Below, one piece after another: positions 12,973-26,523 of a stretch of DNA of 64,000 nt (within the stretch, counting starts at the first letter, position 1; each line of letters opens with the position of its first letter). The position numbers were made by a program, and so were the translations under genes. This stretch comes from Pocillopora damicornis (lineage: Eukaryota): assembly GCF_003704095.1 (NCBI RefSeq), contig NW_020844152.1, positions 310,001 to 374,000 on the forward strand, read 5' to 3'. The notes beneath the pieces were generated by a model. It ran no database searches. It was not told the DNA's origin and saw only the letters and a program-made list of their open reading frames with translations.

Positions 12973-15900
12973 CATTAGCGGTAATCGTGGATATAAAGCT
13001 GGAGGGCAGATAAAGGTTTTAAGGCAAACTGTAACCGAAGTACAAAGTAACAAAGAGTAAACTTTAATACCAGGGCTGATATAGAAATGGCAGTTAAAAA
13101 CAAAGTAGCTCAAAGTATGTTCTGCTGTTTTGACAAATTATGTTCCATGTTGTGTACCAATGGCTACTTTCCTTTTCTTTGCATGAAGAGTAATTAATCG
13201 TAACAGTAGACCGAGTCAGCCCTTTTGATTCATGCTACATCATCTATGAGGGAAAGCTTACCTTTGATGGATACTTCATCCCCTCCCCTCTCCTCCTATC
13301 AAATCCATTCCTAAATTTACAAGTCTGTTCTCATTTGTGTCATGTTGGGTTTGTTCATTTAAAAAGTTCACCGTTTGAAAAGAAAGCTCAGCTTTTATTG
13401 GGATGATGAGAACTGAAAAATAAATTTTTCTAGTGGGGCCTTGAAGTCCACAAGTCTTAAACTTTACTCCAGATGTTCACCTTTTTCAAGTGATATTTTT
13501 ACAACTTTAGCCACTTGTCACAGGATTTGAACCATGACTTTGCAAGAGAGACTTCTGAAGATCAGATGTTTGTTTTTATTCCCATTATCACTGGATTTAA
13601 GCTTGTCAATGAGCTCTCTGACATGTGACATTTCAAAGCTTTGCCTACAGAACCACTCCTAAATTTAATAAATTATTCTTAATGTAACTTTTTATCCTAT
13701 ATGATACCAGTTTCCTAAAGTCCCTGAAATGTTAATAAAGAACCTCATTTTTGAATATGGCAATTTGTTGTACCACCTGATGCTGTGGTATTAACCATCA
13801 GATCAAATGTAGATGAGAGGCACAGAACTAATCAACAAATACATGACACAAGATATCAATTAAATGAACTGCAACAGTAATACTTCTATTTTCAGTTTTA
13901 TAGCATTTCCCTTCAGATAAAACTTGGTACAGGGTACAATTTGGCAAATTGACAAATGGTTTTACCATTGTTTGTATGGAGCTAAATAATAAATTTCTTT
14001 CAGGCCACTAGACATTCTACCATCAGTAATGTGAGCCTTGTCCTCCCTCCTTACTTAGAAAGTTAGAATGTTGATTGGTCTCAAAATTAATTAGAGTAAA
14101 TCTATAAATCTCAGAGGGATAAATATGTTAGTTTTGCCATGTTGAGAATCATAAAGTGATGACCAAGTCCCTTTTGATTGGCTTGATTTTCACTGCAATT
14201 GATTTTATTCCAAGTCAAAGAATAACACTTAGATAGTTATGCCTTAAACTTCATTTCATGGTTGCTCCCACAAAGGCATAAGGCTATCAGTAGTTTTGTC
14301 TCACTCTTATACTGTATTAGGTAAACCCTGATGTAAACTGAGAGCCTCTGAGCTCACACACTGCCTGAAAGTGATACTTGCATAAAGTGAAGCTGGATAA
14401 GAAAGTGAAGCCAGATAAGAAAGACGCAAAATAACTAGGGAAGACAAGAAGGAAATGTTTACTCCTCAGCCTTTCAATTAATTATATTTCACAACTATCT
14501 ATTCTTCAAGTATTTGTTCAATCAGGATATGGCAGGTTTCTGATCATTTTTCTAATTGTCCTTAAGTTTAATCTTATGGGCTCTTGTAATACCATGACAG
14601 AGCACATAAAAAACAATAAGTGCCCCTTTACAAACAATGTAATGGCTGTCTTTCTATCACATGAGGATATCATTTCTTTATTTTGGCTGAAAGGGGTTGT
14701 GAAGTTAAATAAGCCCAAGATAAATTTTCCGAAACAATTTACAAAATGACCATTTGAAAAAATAAAGTGTGTTTAAGGAAGCCAGTTACCAAAGTTAACT
14801 TATTCTATAAGAAAACGATTGAATCAATTTATGAAATGATGCATATTGAAAACAAATTTATGAAGATCTTTATTTCAATCAATCTTCTGTTGCACACATT
14901 TAGTAGAAAACATCAAGTGTTAACAATTGTACTGTAAAAATTACAGAGACAGAAAGATTCCAAAAGTGTGTTTCCTTATTAAAGATCTTATTAAAGATGA
15001 AACAAAGATTATAGAAACTAATAAAGGCACCACACCATAGAAGAACTGAAGATGTGGTCAAGGAAAGACGTACTTTCTGCTTATCCACACACCCTGAAAA
15101 ATTAAATTGTATGCTAACATTGTACCTCTAATTTCCCCTCTTGCCGCTCCTATCAATATGAAATATCAAAAATGATATGATAACTTAACTCTGTTACTCT
15201 TAGCCTGAGTGAGCAAGATTTATTCTGCACATAACTATCTGAAAAAGTCATCTTTTATTTAATGTTCAATTAAATTATTTAAGATGAATGAGCAGGGAAT
15301 CTTCATTCTTTATTGTAATTTCCATTTATATAATACACCTCTACAATTTAATTTGTTTAAGTATGTATAAAAAATTGAATATCAGAATATACAGTAAGGC
15401 AAGGAGACCATAACAAGAACATTTGCACAATGTCTCCTCAAAGAAATTCATTCCCACTCAAAATTTGTGTAACCAATGAATGTAATGTTCTGATAATGTC
15501 AGGACCAAGTTGTGTTTTGTCTAATACAAACCTCCATATAATGAAGCTTAGCCATATTAATAATAATCATGATAGCATGATTAAAGAACAATGATAACTG
15601 TAAAATTCTACCCAACCCCAACCTCTAAGCGAGGGCAGAATCAATGCACCTGACTTAATATAATAGGTTAACCATGATCATGGATCAACAATGTCAATTA
15701 CTAAATGACTTGTTTAGTAAACTATTCGTTGGCAATTTAGTCCAAGGTTTTAAACAAGCACTTAAAGAAGTGTTCATTTCTTTCCTACATTTGCTAGATC
15801 ATCTACTTACAAGAGAGGCAGAGAATGCTGCCCCTCATCACAAGAGAAAATTATCCATTCAGATTCTTTCATGAATTCATAGAAAGTAAAGAATCAGCTA

Positions 15901-16002
15901 AAATGTTCTCTTTAGCAAGAAATAAAACTGTGGGGTTATTTTGTACTCTTTCTCAAAATTAACCTTAACCTGAACTTCCACAGTACACAAGTCCACAACC
16001 AT

Positions 16003-19000
16003 TCATCTCTGATCATCAGCCAGGGTTGTGTTGTAGAATGTTGAAGAAGAATCCTTGTTTAGTATAACATAGCAGCTGTCACACACAGGATGCCACTTTG
16101 ATGCTTTACTTCCCATCACAGACTTGGACAAACACTGTTCACAGAATATTTTACCACAATGATGGCAGTTTTGCTGGGTTAGAAAAATAAAAAACATTAT
16201 AATAAATAAGCAAAGTATATTTTATTGAATAATGTGATAGTTTTTTCACAAGAAATGTTTTGGTCTGTATGCAAAGAACTATTTGTCAGACAGCCTGAAT
16301 TACAAACAAGGCCACCTTTCCCAAAAGGAAAACTCTTTGTCTAAAAACTATATCTTTCTTGAACTGATTGTCAACAAGAGTGAAACAGCAGTTCATTTAT
16401 ACTTTCACCCACCTTATCTTTGTTTGCTTTCAATACTTTTTGGCAACTTTTACATTCTTTAATGTCATCAGGATACTGCCAGCGAACATCTGTTTCTGAT
16501 TCATGAATTTGAGCAATTTGCATCTAAAAAATTAATCAAAAACAATTTCTCTCATCATTGATAAAGATATTAACACAACTGAATGGAATATGATGCAATG
16601 GTTGATCCTGAGGGAGGCACTGGAAAAACAAAAACACGCTACAGGGTATAACAAGAAATCAGCTGAGCATCAAAACCATTGCTCTTTATTAACTGTAATT
16701 TGACCAATCACCTGTAAAGACTGGGATAAACGCACAAAGTCTCTCTGAACGGTCTCACTTTGGTTTAGTTGTTCAGTCATTGCCTGTAATTGGTTTCTCA
16801 ATTGTTTGCTTTCCTCTTCTGCCCTAGTCTGCAATAAAAAATGGGTGACATTTTCTTCACTAAGATGATAACAAGTTAACCAGAAGTTAGTATCACAATT
16901 ATTGTATTCGATTGAATTTACTTTAATACAGCTACTTGGGTTTTTTTTTATGTGGAAATGCCCAACACCTGTTTTGGTCTTTTCAACTCCATACAAAACA
17001 CCAAAAGTTTGCATTTAAGTTGATGAAGCAATTCATTGGGTAAAGCTGGAATTAATTTTCAGCATGATGGAGATGTCATGCAACAATGACTTCGTGATAA
17101 AATGCTCTGAGCGCTGCATGAAAAAAAAAAATGCTTCAGACATTCTTAAGAGCTGGGACAAGATGCTATACTACAAGTTGCAATTTCCTTATGCAATGAT
17201 TTGCATACTGCCTTAATGATGGAGCACACACAATCAGCAAGGAATTATGATGGAAAGAACACTTGGAAAAGGATGATAAAACTAAATTAAAATTTTAATA
17301 CCTTTTCTGCATTAACTTCATCCAGTTGTCCTCTAAGAGCAATGATGACTTGTTTAGATTTGTCTTCTGTGTTCCTTATGGACTGACCAGACATGTTAAG
17401 CCTGGCCTGTGCCTGTGTATCACACCAACATAATTTTAGCACCCTAACTAGGCAGTCATTTTAGATCCCAGTTGATCAAGTTGTATAGCATCTGTCTAGA
17501 CTGGTGGTTATTTTAATAAAATCTCAAGGGTCTATCAGTCGAAACCTAGTGACTTAAAGTTGACAGTAACACTAAAATGTGAACCTTACAACTTTTTGGT
17601 GTTCATGTCTGTATGAACTATGTTGATTAACTTACACATCTTTTACATGAAAAAAGTACATAGCTATAAAAACCTATTCAAAATTAATAATGTTACACAA
17701 AAAACACATCTGTACTTTCTGACAAATACCTCTTCCCTGGCTTTTTTTTCCTTATCACACTCTCCTCTTAGTCTCTCTAAAAATAAAGCAAAAACTTCAC
17801 TTCCAATTGAAGGTAACAATTTTTGGAAGGGGGAATAGGTTGAAGTTTTATCAATGGTGGATAATCATATGTACATCTCAATGGTTTCTTTTTTTTTTCT
17901 TTTTTTTTCCAGAAAGAAGGGAGGGAAGAAATGAAATTGTAAATAAATTCTTGCGGTGCAATTGAAGCTCTAAAATGGGAAATAAGAGTAGTTCCAAAGG
18001 ATAAATTTACACACACTTCTTAAATACAATTAGGTTCTCATATTAAAAAACAAAAACTGTTCCATTTGCTCCCATGAGCATTAAAGAATCCAGACAGAAT
18101 AACATTTTCATTTACAATTGATGAAAGACTCACTCTTACCAAGTTCAACCCTTGTGTTATCCACATCCCCTTGAAGCATTGCTTCTAGACTGTCCTTTGC
18201 AACTTGTTCTGCCATCACACGATCCTTCAGGAAAGCCACCTTAAAATAATACAAAACAGTTCATACACAAGAGTAGACAGGGAATCCCTTTTCTAGCACC
18301 ACTCAAACTGCTACACATCAGCACACATTTGAATTTTAAGAAAATATATCCACTCCAGGGATGGTTTGCTCCACCAACATGGTGAAGTCTTCATCATTTC
18401 ATGGGATCATCATGGCAAGCATAACATCACATGAACATTACTTTACAAAACAAGCTCATTTGTTGTTGATTTCTTCTCACCTCACTTCTTAGCTTTTCCT
18501 CTGTGACCTCAGAAGCTGCTCTAATCTGCATCAACTGCTCATGCATTTCAGCCAGCCTGGCATCAGAGTCCATATGAGTCAGTTGCTGAATAGCATTGTC
18601 TTGCAGTGCAGCATATTCTGTTCTAAGCTGCGAAAGCTATAAATGTGCAAATCCCATCAAATTATAAACATGCACAAAAATATTCCAACAATGACATGTG
18701 TTGTAGTGTATAGTGTTTAACAACTTGAAGCAAAGGGATAAATAATTAACAGCAATAGAGATACATAAATAAATATAATTAAAAAACACTAGACAAAGCA
18801 AAACAGCTTGTACAATTTATCAAATGTGTAAATTGGACAAAGTCGTTGCCAGGGTTACCTCCTGCATCAACTGATCCCTTGAGGTTACAAGCTTTGCCTA
18901 CAGAGGAAATAAGCAAATTTGTTCATCATGTTCAGTATCACTTTCAAACAACTGGTAAAGCCAACAAAATTGTCTGCAAAGACTTTCATTTAACTGTGTT

Positions 19001-22000
19001 AGACTAAAAACTTTAAACAACCTTGAAAAAAGTTGATGATTATGCAATCCTTACAATTTGAGTTTGGGTGCCATGTTTAGTTGCCTCAAAGTTCTCCCTT
19101 AGCCCAGCAATCAATTTTTCCAACTTATTGTTTGTCATTGCATGATTGTTGATTTGCATCTGTGCATCCTCTGCAGCACTTGACACACTCTCCTCCAACT
19201 TGCTTCTCATCTTTTGTTCTTTAAACAATTCCTTCTATTAAAAAAAAAAGTAAGTTTTGGGAATATGTAATTGAAAGGAGGAATAAAATTATAGCCCTAA
19301 AACAGAACTGTCTGGGTGTTTCTACCACTTTGACTTCTTGCCATTTATCTTTATTTTCCAGGCTTTTCCAAAGAGAAAGATATTTTTGGTAGTTCATAGA
19401 TACCAATGAACACGTAAAATTAACCATAACTAATTTCTGATCAGACTAACTAATTGAGTTCAAGTAAAACAGCAAGAATTATTACAATTTGCAGCACATT
19501 TTTAATTAAATTAATAAGCAACTTTTTAACATTTGGTAGAGATTGTACCTTTTCTTGATCCAGAGCCACTTGTAAATTAGATGCCAAGTTTTGAAACTTC
19601 TGATTTTCATCCTGCATCTTTTGAAGCTGCTTTTCATAGTTAACACACATGGCACAAGATCTGTTCAAGCTGCTTTCATGGGAAACTTTTACCTGCAGAA
19701 TGCACATATAAATGTATATGATTGAACTCTGATAAACAGTTCATTGTGTCTCAGTTAAGACATGTTTTGAAAGAGAGAGTAGCTATGCAACTAGGAATCT
19801 CTTGCAACAGTGAGAAAAATTCCAAGAAAAACAGTTACAAAATAGTTTAAAGTAACCAAATGAATGTTTCTTCAATTGTTCTAATAGCAAATCATGGTCA
19901 TGTGTAGTTTAAACAACTTTATTAGATTGTAATGGAGGGAGGATATATAGAATAGTACTGCTATATAAGAATTAGGGTCAGTAATGTTTGACAGTAGAGA
20001 GCTTGATAGATACATCACTAAGATACAAATGGATTTATAGCCATACATTTAGAATTGAATGCAAAGGATCAGATAAAATGATAAATGTTAAGCTCTCATC
20101 ACTTCATCAATACACTTTTAACATCTCAGACAAACTCACAGCTTCCTGGAAATTCTTCCAGTCAACTTTGGCCCCAGATCGTTTAGAGGATAATGGAGGT
20201 CTGGAAGGGAGGGAACTGGGTCCATCAGCTGGAGGTACATTAGACAAGGCACCTGATGATAGCTCTGGATTTAGCTCCTCTTCAGAATGTGCTCTGGAAA
20301 CCTCACTATTGTTATCTGAAATCACAGTTATTCAAAGCCTTCAAAATAAAGTTGTTGTAGACAGAAAAGAGTTCCCAACCATGATATGTATTGTAAAAAG
20401 CAGGACCAGTTATGACTTGGTTAGCCAATCAATTTTGAGGATCAAGATCCCCTCTCACAGAAGTGCTACAGAGAAAATAAAAAAAAGATATTTATAATAT
20501 GTAGGTCTAGCTTATCACATTTAACATTACAATCAGGTCAATTCATGAAAGTAATTTAATAGTCACAGCTCACTCTCACGACTCCATGTTACGTCAGATG
20601 CTGAGTGTACTCTCTTTAGTCTTCCTCCATTGTCTTCCTCTTTTGTTGTTCCAGGAAGATTATTAATTTCAGATGAAACCTCATTTGTGCAAGGAACAGT
20701 AGGAATGCTGTCCCATATTGAACCAGATTCTCCGGGCACTTGTGGAGATAAAGGCACATGGCTAGGCTACAAGGACAGACATGAATAACAAGTCATTGAA
20801 ACACAATCAAAAATTGATCAAGGAGAAGGAATACATTGAAGAATTTGATCAAGCCAATTCCATATCATGATGAAGAACATGCTATGATAAATCTACACTA
20901 AAGGTTCAGTGAGAGAGTGGTAACATGATGCCATCATGTGCTATACTGTCATTACAACTAGATGGGTGACCTGGCTTCCACCATGGCTGGCATGAAAAAG
21001 TAAACTGAAGGTAACTGAGCATATTTAAATTATTTTAAATAGGTTTAATTAGTAAGTATTTTATTTGCTCAAGGTTTATCCTGATACGATAAAAATTGAA
21101 ACAAAGAAAAGTACACTTACTATGCAACCCTTTAACACTGGATACAAGTCCAAATTAGAGACTTATTAGTCAGGGAAAAGTTTGGTGACTGCACTTCAAT
21201 TGATTTTTATCAAATATGTTTACCTGTTCATTAGTTGGCTGTGGGGATGTCTGTGGACTCTGCAGATCAATAAGTTGGCCAACCTGTGGTTGTTGTTTTT
21301 GTCCCTGGTGCTCTTCCTGTTGCTGCCCCTGTTTTTTCTGAACAGCAGCTTGCTGAGCAGGTGTCAAGACATTCCATACTCTGGTGAAAGCTTCACTCTG
21401 TACCTTAAGATTCTCTACAAACTGTACATTTGCCATCTCCCATGTCTGCTTTAAATCATTGTGTGACATTTTTTCTTGCTCTAACAGTCTACAGACTGAA
21501 GGAAATATGAAAATTTTTAATCGGTACCATTTGACAACAACTGACTCCATTTGCAGTATAAAAGAAAAAAAAATGACTATTTACCTACTTAGAAAAGCTA
21601 TAATGGGGATTAGTGGGTTGCTGATGACAACTGACATTTGAACATATTGTTATCTTCAAACTTACCATTGTGAAGCTCTTTTCTTAATTTCTCAGAGTCT
21701 TCTTGCAAAACCCCTACAGAATCAATCACAACTTTCAAGTTAACTTTGTTAGCACAATTTCATAATCAGAAATTTGCAGATAATACAGACATGCTACAGA
21801 CATGGAACAGACATAGGAAGGACATGCTACAGACATGCTACAGACATGCTACAGACATGCCTCAGACATGGTGCGGACATGGTAGGGACACGGCGCAGAC
21901 ATGGTATGGACATGGTGCAGACATTGTGCAGAAATGGTGCGGACATAGTTCAGACACGCTACAAACATGTTATAGATATGGTGCAGACATGCTACAGACA

Positions 22001-24799
22001 CGGTACAAACATGCTACATACATGTAATAGACATGCTACAGATATGCTACAGACATGCTATAGACATGTTATTGATACGTTACAAACATGATACAGACAT
22101 GTTACAGAATGGTACAGACATGGTACAGACATGTTATAGAGATGGTACAGACATGCTACAGACACACAGTGCAGACATGTTGTAGATATGGTACAGACAT
22201 GCTACGGACATGCTATAGATATGGTACAGACATGTTATAGATATGGTACAGACATGCTACAGACATGTTATAGATATGGTACAGACATAGTACAGACATG
22301 GTCACAACATGCTCAGACATGTTATAGATATGGTACAGACATGCTACAGACATGCTACAGACATGGTACAGACATGGTAAAGACATATTATAGACATGGT
22401 ACAGACATGGTACGGACATGGTACAGACATACTACAGATGAAAGTGAAAGTAAAAACTGACCCTTTTGAGTATTCAAGACAGCCACATACATCTCTAGAT
22501 CTGTGCGTGATGACCGCTCAGCCTCTAGATATTGGTTAAGTTCTTTTACCTTCAACCAAATAAAAAAAATGCATTTGAAAAACCTTATAAAATGAGCTCT
22601 TTTTTGATCAACTTCCTTCAGAAATAATGTTATTTCTATAAGATTGGAACTGATCTGAGTTATTTTAATCTCTTGATCTAGTAATTTCTTTCTTTTTCAA
22701 TGTTCGTAAATACCTTTTCTTGCAGCTCTTCAAACCTTTCCCTTGAGAAAGTTTCTCCACCATCTGATTTTTTGTCATTTTTTTTATTTTCTCCTTCCTG
22801 ATGACCAAAAATGACAGTAAAAAGACAATGTTTGAATAATATGGGAACACAATTGAAAAATTGGAACTTTTTAATTGTGCTAGTCAAAAAAATACCCATA
22901 CCCATACACATACCCATACCCCTGTACTAGTGCAGTGTTTTTAATCTGACCCCTGTCCCACTCTTCTAAAGATCTCATTTATAAATCCTATTTTCTTTAT
23001 GCATTTGTGACAAGTTTCCAGCAGCACTCTGTCAGGGTTGGTATGGATATCATTTGGAGCTACAAATGCTATTACTAACAACACAACAACACACCTTAAG
23101 CTTGGCCTCTGCAATTTGCAACTTTTCTTGTAAATCTTTTAATTTTGCTTTCGTGAAGGATAATTCCTAATAAAAAATGTCATAAACAGGAAGGTTAACA
23201 AAAGTACCTATTTACAAGATGACCAATTATTGATGAACATTAACAAATTCCTTTTTTGAAATAATAATATAGTTCAAAATACAGCAAGATAAAATGTATT
23301 GGATAATTTAAAAATTAAACTTTGTCCCTTAAAAAGCTGAGTGTTAAGTTGCTATGATATATAAAGAATTGTCTTGTTAACTGGTATATAAAATTTTTAA
23401 TGGTTCATGGTACAAACAAACATACAAAGAAATCAAGATTTTCTGTTAAGTATATCAAAATAACAACAACAAAAAATGGTTACCTCCTCTAAAGGCATAA
23501 CAATTGATCTCCAGGCTTCTGCATCCTCTTGGGCCTTTAAAAAAGATGGAAAAAAGTTTTTTTTATAATATCTGAGGGTAAAACTATAAGCTGTCTGCAA
23601 TTTCACTTCTTTTCTTTTTAAAACTCTCCAGGAACTGTATCAGCCTCCTCTTATGAAGGGGGCTCATGGCCATGTTCTGTTAACAAAATCACTATCATGA
23701 CAGAATGTTTCAAAAACCAGTGTCATTGGTTTGTTAATGATACCAAGTTTTCATCATCATCATCTTCTTCTAATGTAGAGTTGAAATGTGGAGTGGGTCA
23801 ACTGGTTATTTAATAAATTGAGTTGTCTCATCTTAACTGTAAGTCGAATTTCTAATTATACCTGAACAACAAAAATTTCATTCTCAATAACAGTAAAAGT
23901 AGTAGGAGGCCACATGTAGGGAGGTTAACTACAAACTTGTGGCTATATAGCACAGTTAGTGGTAGTGCCCAATGATGTACTCAGGAGGCACAGGTTCACA
24001 TTTTATCACAGCCTCTATGTTTTTCCATGCTTCTTTTCTGCAATTACTCTGATTACAGATCACTTGTGAGAATATTTTTTTTCTTGTCAGTAACATTAAC
24101 TTGCATTTACCTTTTCCATGCTTTTCTCCAAAGATTTTCCATCAGGTGATACAGCCTCATCTTCAACACTAGAATTACCACTTGCTGTAGTGTTCCTTCT
24201 TATGACATTGACCACCGCATCAGAGATCCCTGACAACATTCTTGGTCTGTTGCTACTCTCCTCTTCCGTAGAAAGGAGGGACTTGAGGTTTGTTAATTCA
24301 TTTTCTAATTTTTTATTTCTGGCCAGAAGATTGTGCTTTTCTATTTCAAACTGTTCTGTAGAACTTTCCTTGGCCTCCCGCACAGACTCTGCAATAATAA
24401 AATTTACACAATTTACACATTGAATATATTCTCAAGGATTTGCCCATTTCTACATATTATATGACAATATCTGCTGATTATGTATTATGATATTTAAAAC
24501 CTTTTTGGAGATGGTGAGCTTTGACTTTAATATCAAAACACAGAGGAAGTACTTCTTTGCTGTTTCCTCTTAATTAAGTCAATAATTTAACTTACCAGAC
24601 ATGATGTGTTGTAAAGACGCAATCTCTTCTTGGTATTTTGAGCGCATTGTTTCTAGTTCCTCTTTCTGAGATTTCTCTGCCAAAACTGCAGCAGCCCTAT
24701 ATCCATCACCCTCAGCTAGAACTTTCTGCAGTTCATTTCTAAGCTTCCTTGCTTCTCCCTGGATTGCCTGAAGCTTTGCCTTTTCTTTTTTAAGTTCCT
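16003..24799 (-). CDS. RABEP1: Rabaptin-5 (Rab GTPase-binding effector protein 1) with C-terminal FYVE-like zinc finger; 5' exons not seen (probably in the gap at 25109-25208)
   Basis: Many GT-AG exons give YQEEIASLQHIM, SMEKAQEDAEAWRSIVMPLEEE, VKELNQYLEAERSSRTDLEMYVAVLNTQK, CAMCVNYEKQLQ and SETVQRDFVRLSQSLQ, all diagnostic of RABEP1. The last exons (16523-16413, 16173-16003) encode an 8-Cys finger. Confidence 0.93.
21785..22440. repeat. 11-bp minisatellite, consensus ACAGACATG(C/G/T)T, about 60 degenerate units, in a RABEP1 intron
   Basis: Units such as acagacatgct, acagacatggt and atagatatggt repeat contiguously. Confidence 0.95.
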
Positions 24800-26523
24800 C
24801 TGAAAAGAAAATGACAAAATCCATTTTAGGGTCTATCACTCAGTACCAACAATCAAATTTGACCATAGCACCTACTGTCATTGGGTTGACACTTGATATT
24901 GCATACTCACCGGCACTGGGCATCATGTCAATTGATACCGCAAAATTATTTGCCTGAATGACACAATTCATAATATTTTTGGTTTTTAATTACTAGCTAA
25001 ACTGCTGTACTTTTATATTTCGAATTGTTTAGCAAAACCTTTTTGGCCTTTTGCACTGTAAGCATCTGCAAATGCAAAATCATATGAATTATAATCCTAA
25101 CAGTGTTGNNNNNNNNNNNNNNNNNNNNNNNNNNNNNNNNNNNNNNNNNNNNNNNNNNNNNNNNNNNNNNNNNNNNNNNNNNNNNNNNNNNNNNNNNNNN
25201 NNNNNNNNTTTTGGTTTTCGAAATGGTCTTGCTGATGACGCAGGTTACGAGCATTAACGAACAAAGACAGTTGGCAACAATTCAGAACAATCAGGATTCA
25301 CGATATGGCATTGTGAACTACAAACAATATCAAACACGCGAACCTGTGAACAATACTTTGCTCCGTTGGAGTCAAAATATTGCGGTAGGTAATATGAGTC
25401 TGCGTAATTGCTACAATTTTCCTGAAAAACAAGTGAAAGTTGTTCGCATTCCATGATCAGATAAAACTGGTTCTTTGTCTTAGACAAAAGTTATTGGAAA
25501 TTTGCTGACAACTGACGACAACTCCTTGATGTCTACCGATGAATAGCGACGTAAATTAGACGAAAATATCACCACAGTTCTCGTAGTGTATGCCAGTAAA
25601 GCTCTCGTATTACCTGACAAGTATTTTCCCCTCATGTATTATTATTTTGAAAAAGCTTGCAAGTGTGTGCATAGTAGAGCTTATATCTAAAAGTTTAATA
25701 ATTAATTTTAAATTGCTCTTATGAGTTTCTTGAAGTTTTACTTTGACTGTCATTAGTTATTGTTGAATCTATTACATTCCCAGAAGTCTTGAAAAGGAAG
25801 CTTGAATTAAAGTTTGTTTAATTCTAAGTAATATCATACTGCACAAATATAATAGTGGCTGACTGAATTATTTGAAGGAATAACATCCTGATTTTAGTTG
25901 TTGGTATGACTTTAAAAATTGAATATGTGTCGTTCAAAGTTTAATGAGTTAGTTTTTTTCGATATGAAATGTTCAATTTTGATTTTGATAATTGGAAGAA
26001 AAAAACAATTCATAAGTTATTAAACTGAACCCTTTTAACAAGTTTAAGCATTCATTACAACTGAATGAAAAAAATTCATGAAAAAAGAGAGATATCTGTA
26101 AAAAAAGGCTCAAAGATTTTTTATGGTGGACACTTTCTCGATTTGAATCTTTAACAAAAAACAAATTGTGATTAACTAGCCATGTAAGAAACATTTTTGC
26201 ACAACTTTGCAATGAAAATGCAAATAGAAACTTTAATAGAAACTTTAATTTTGATTAATTGCTGACAGAAAAATTTACATTTTGATCAGAAAAGACTGGA
26301 AATTATTTATAGACCTGTAGCATTCTAATGAATAATGTTTAGACTTGTAATTTCAATGGGGTCACTGACTTTTGATGTTTGAGAATTTTATTCATAATTT
26401 AACAAAAGCTATCACTACTTAAGAGCACACGCCTTTTACATCACCTCACAACACCAAATCTGACTGTGTATTTCAGAGCTAGAAGATTAAAGAAAGAAAA
26501 TTTGAAGGAGCAAGGACATCAAC

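Noticed and set aside
19988-20497. 169-aa plus-strand ORF
   Set aside because: Antisense shadow of a RABEP1 exon and its flanking introns.
17060-20930. Possible C/D-box snoRNA motifs (ATGATG...CTGA) in RABEP1 introns
   Set aside because: The motifs are on the wrong strand for the host gene or lack terminal stems and proper box pairs.
21785-22440. CRISPR-like array
   Set aside because: Contiguous degenerate units with no unique spacers, no cas genes, and a eukaryotic context.
21746-22460. Repetitive ORFs (DMLQTCYRH...)
   Set aside because: Translation of the intronic 11-bp minisatellite, open in several frames and on both strands.
24997-25487. ORFs spanning or adjoining the N-gap
   Set aside because: Lengths are inflated by Ns and there is no recognisable similarity. 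The same applies to the gap-spanning ORFs at 44589, 46050-46429 and 48859-49159.
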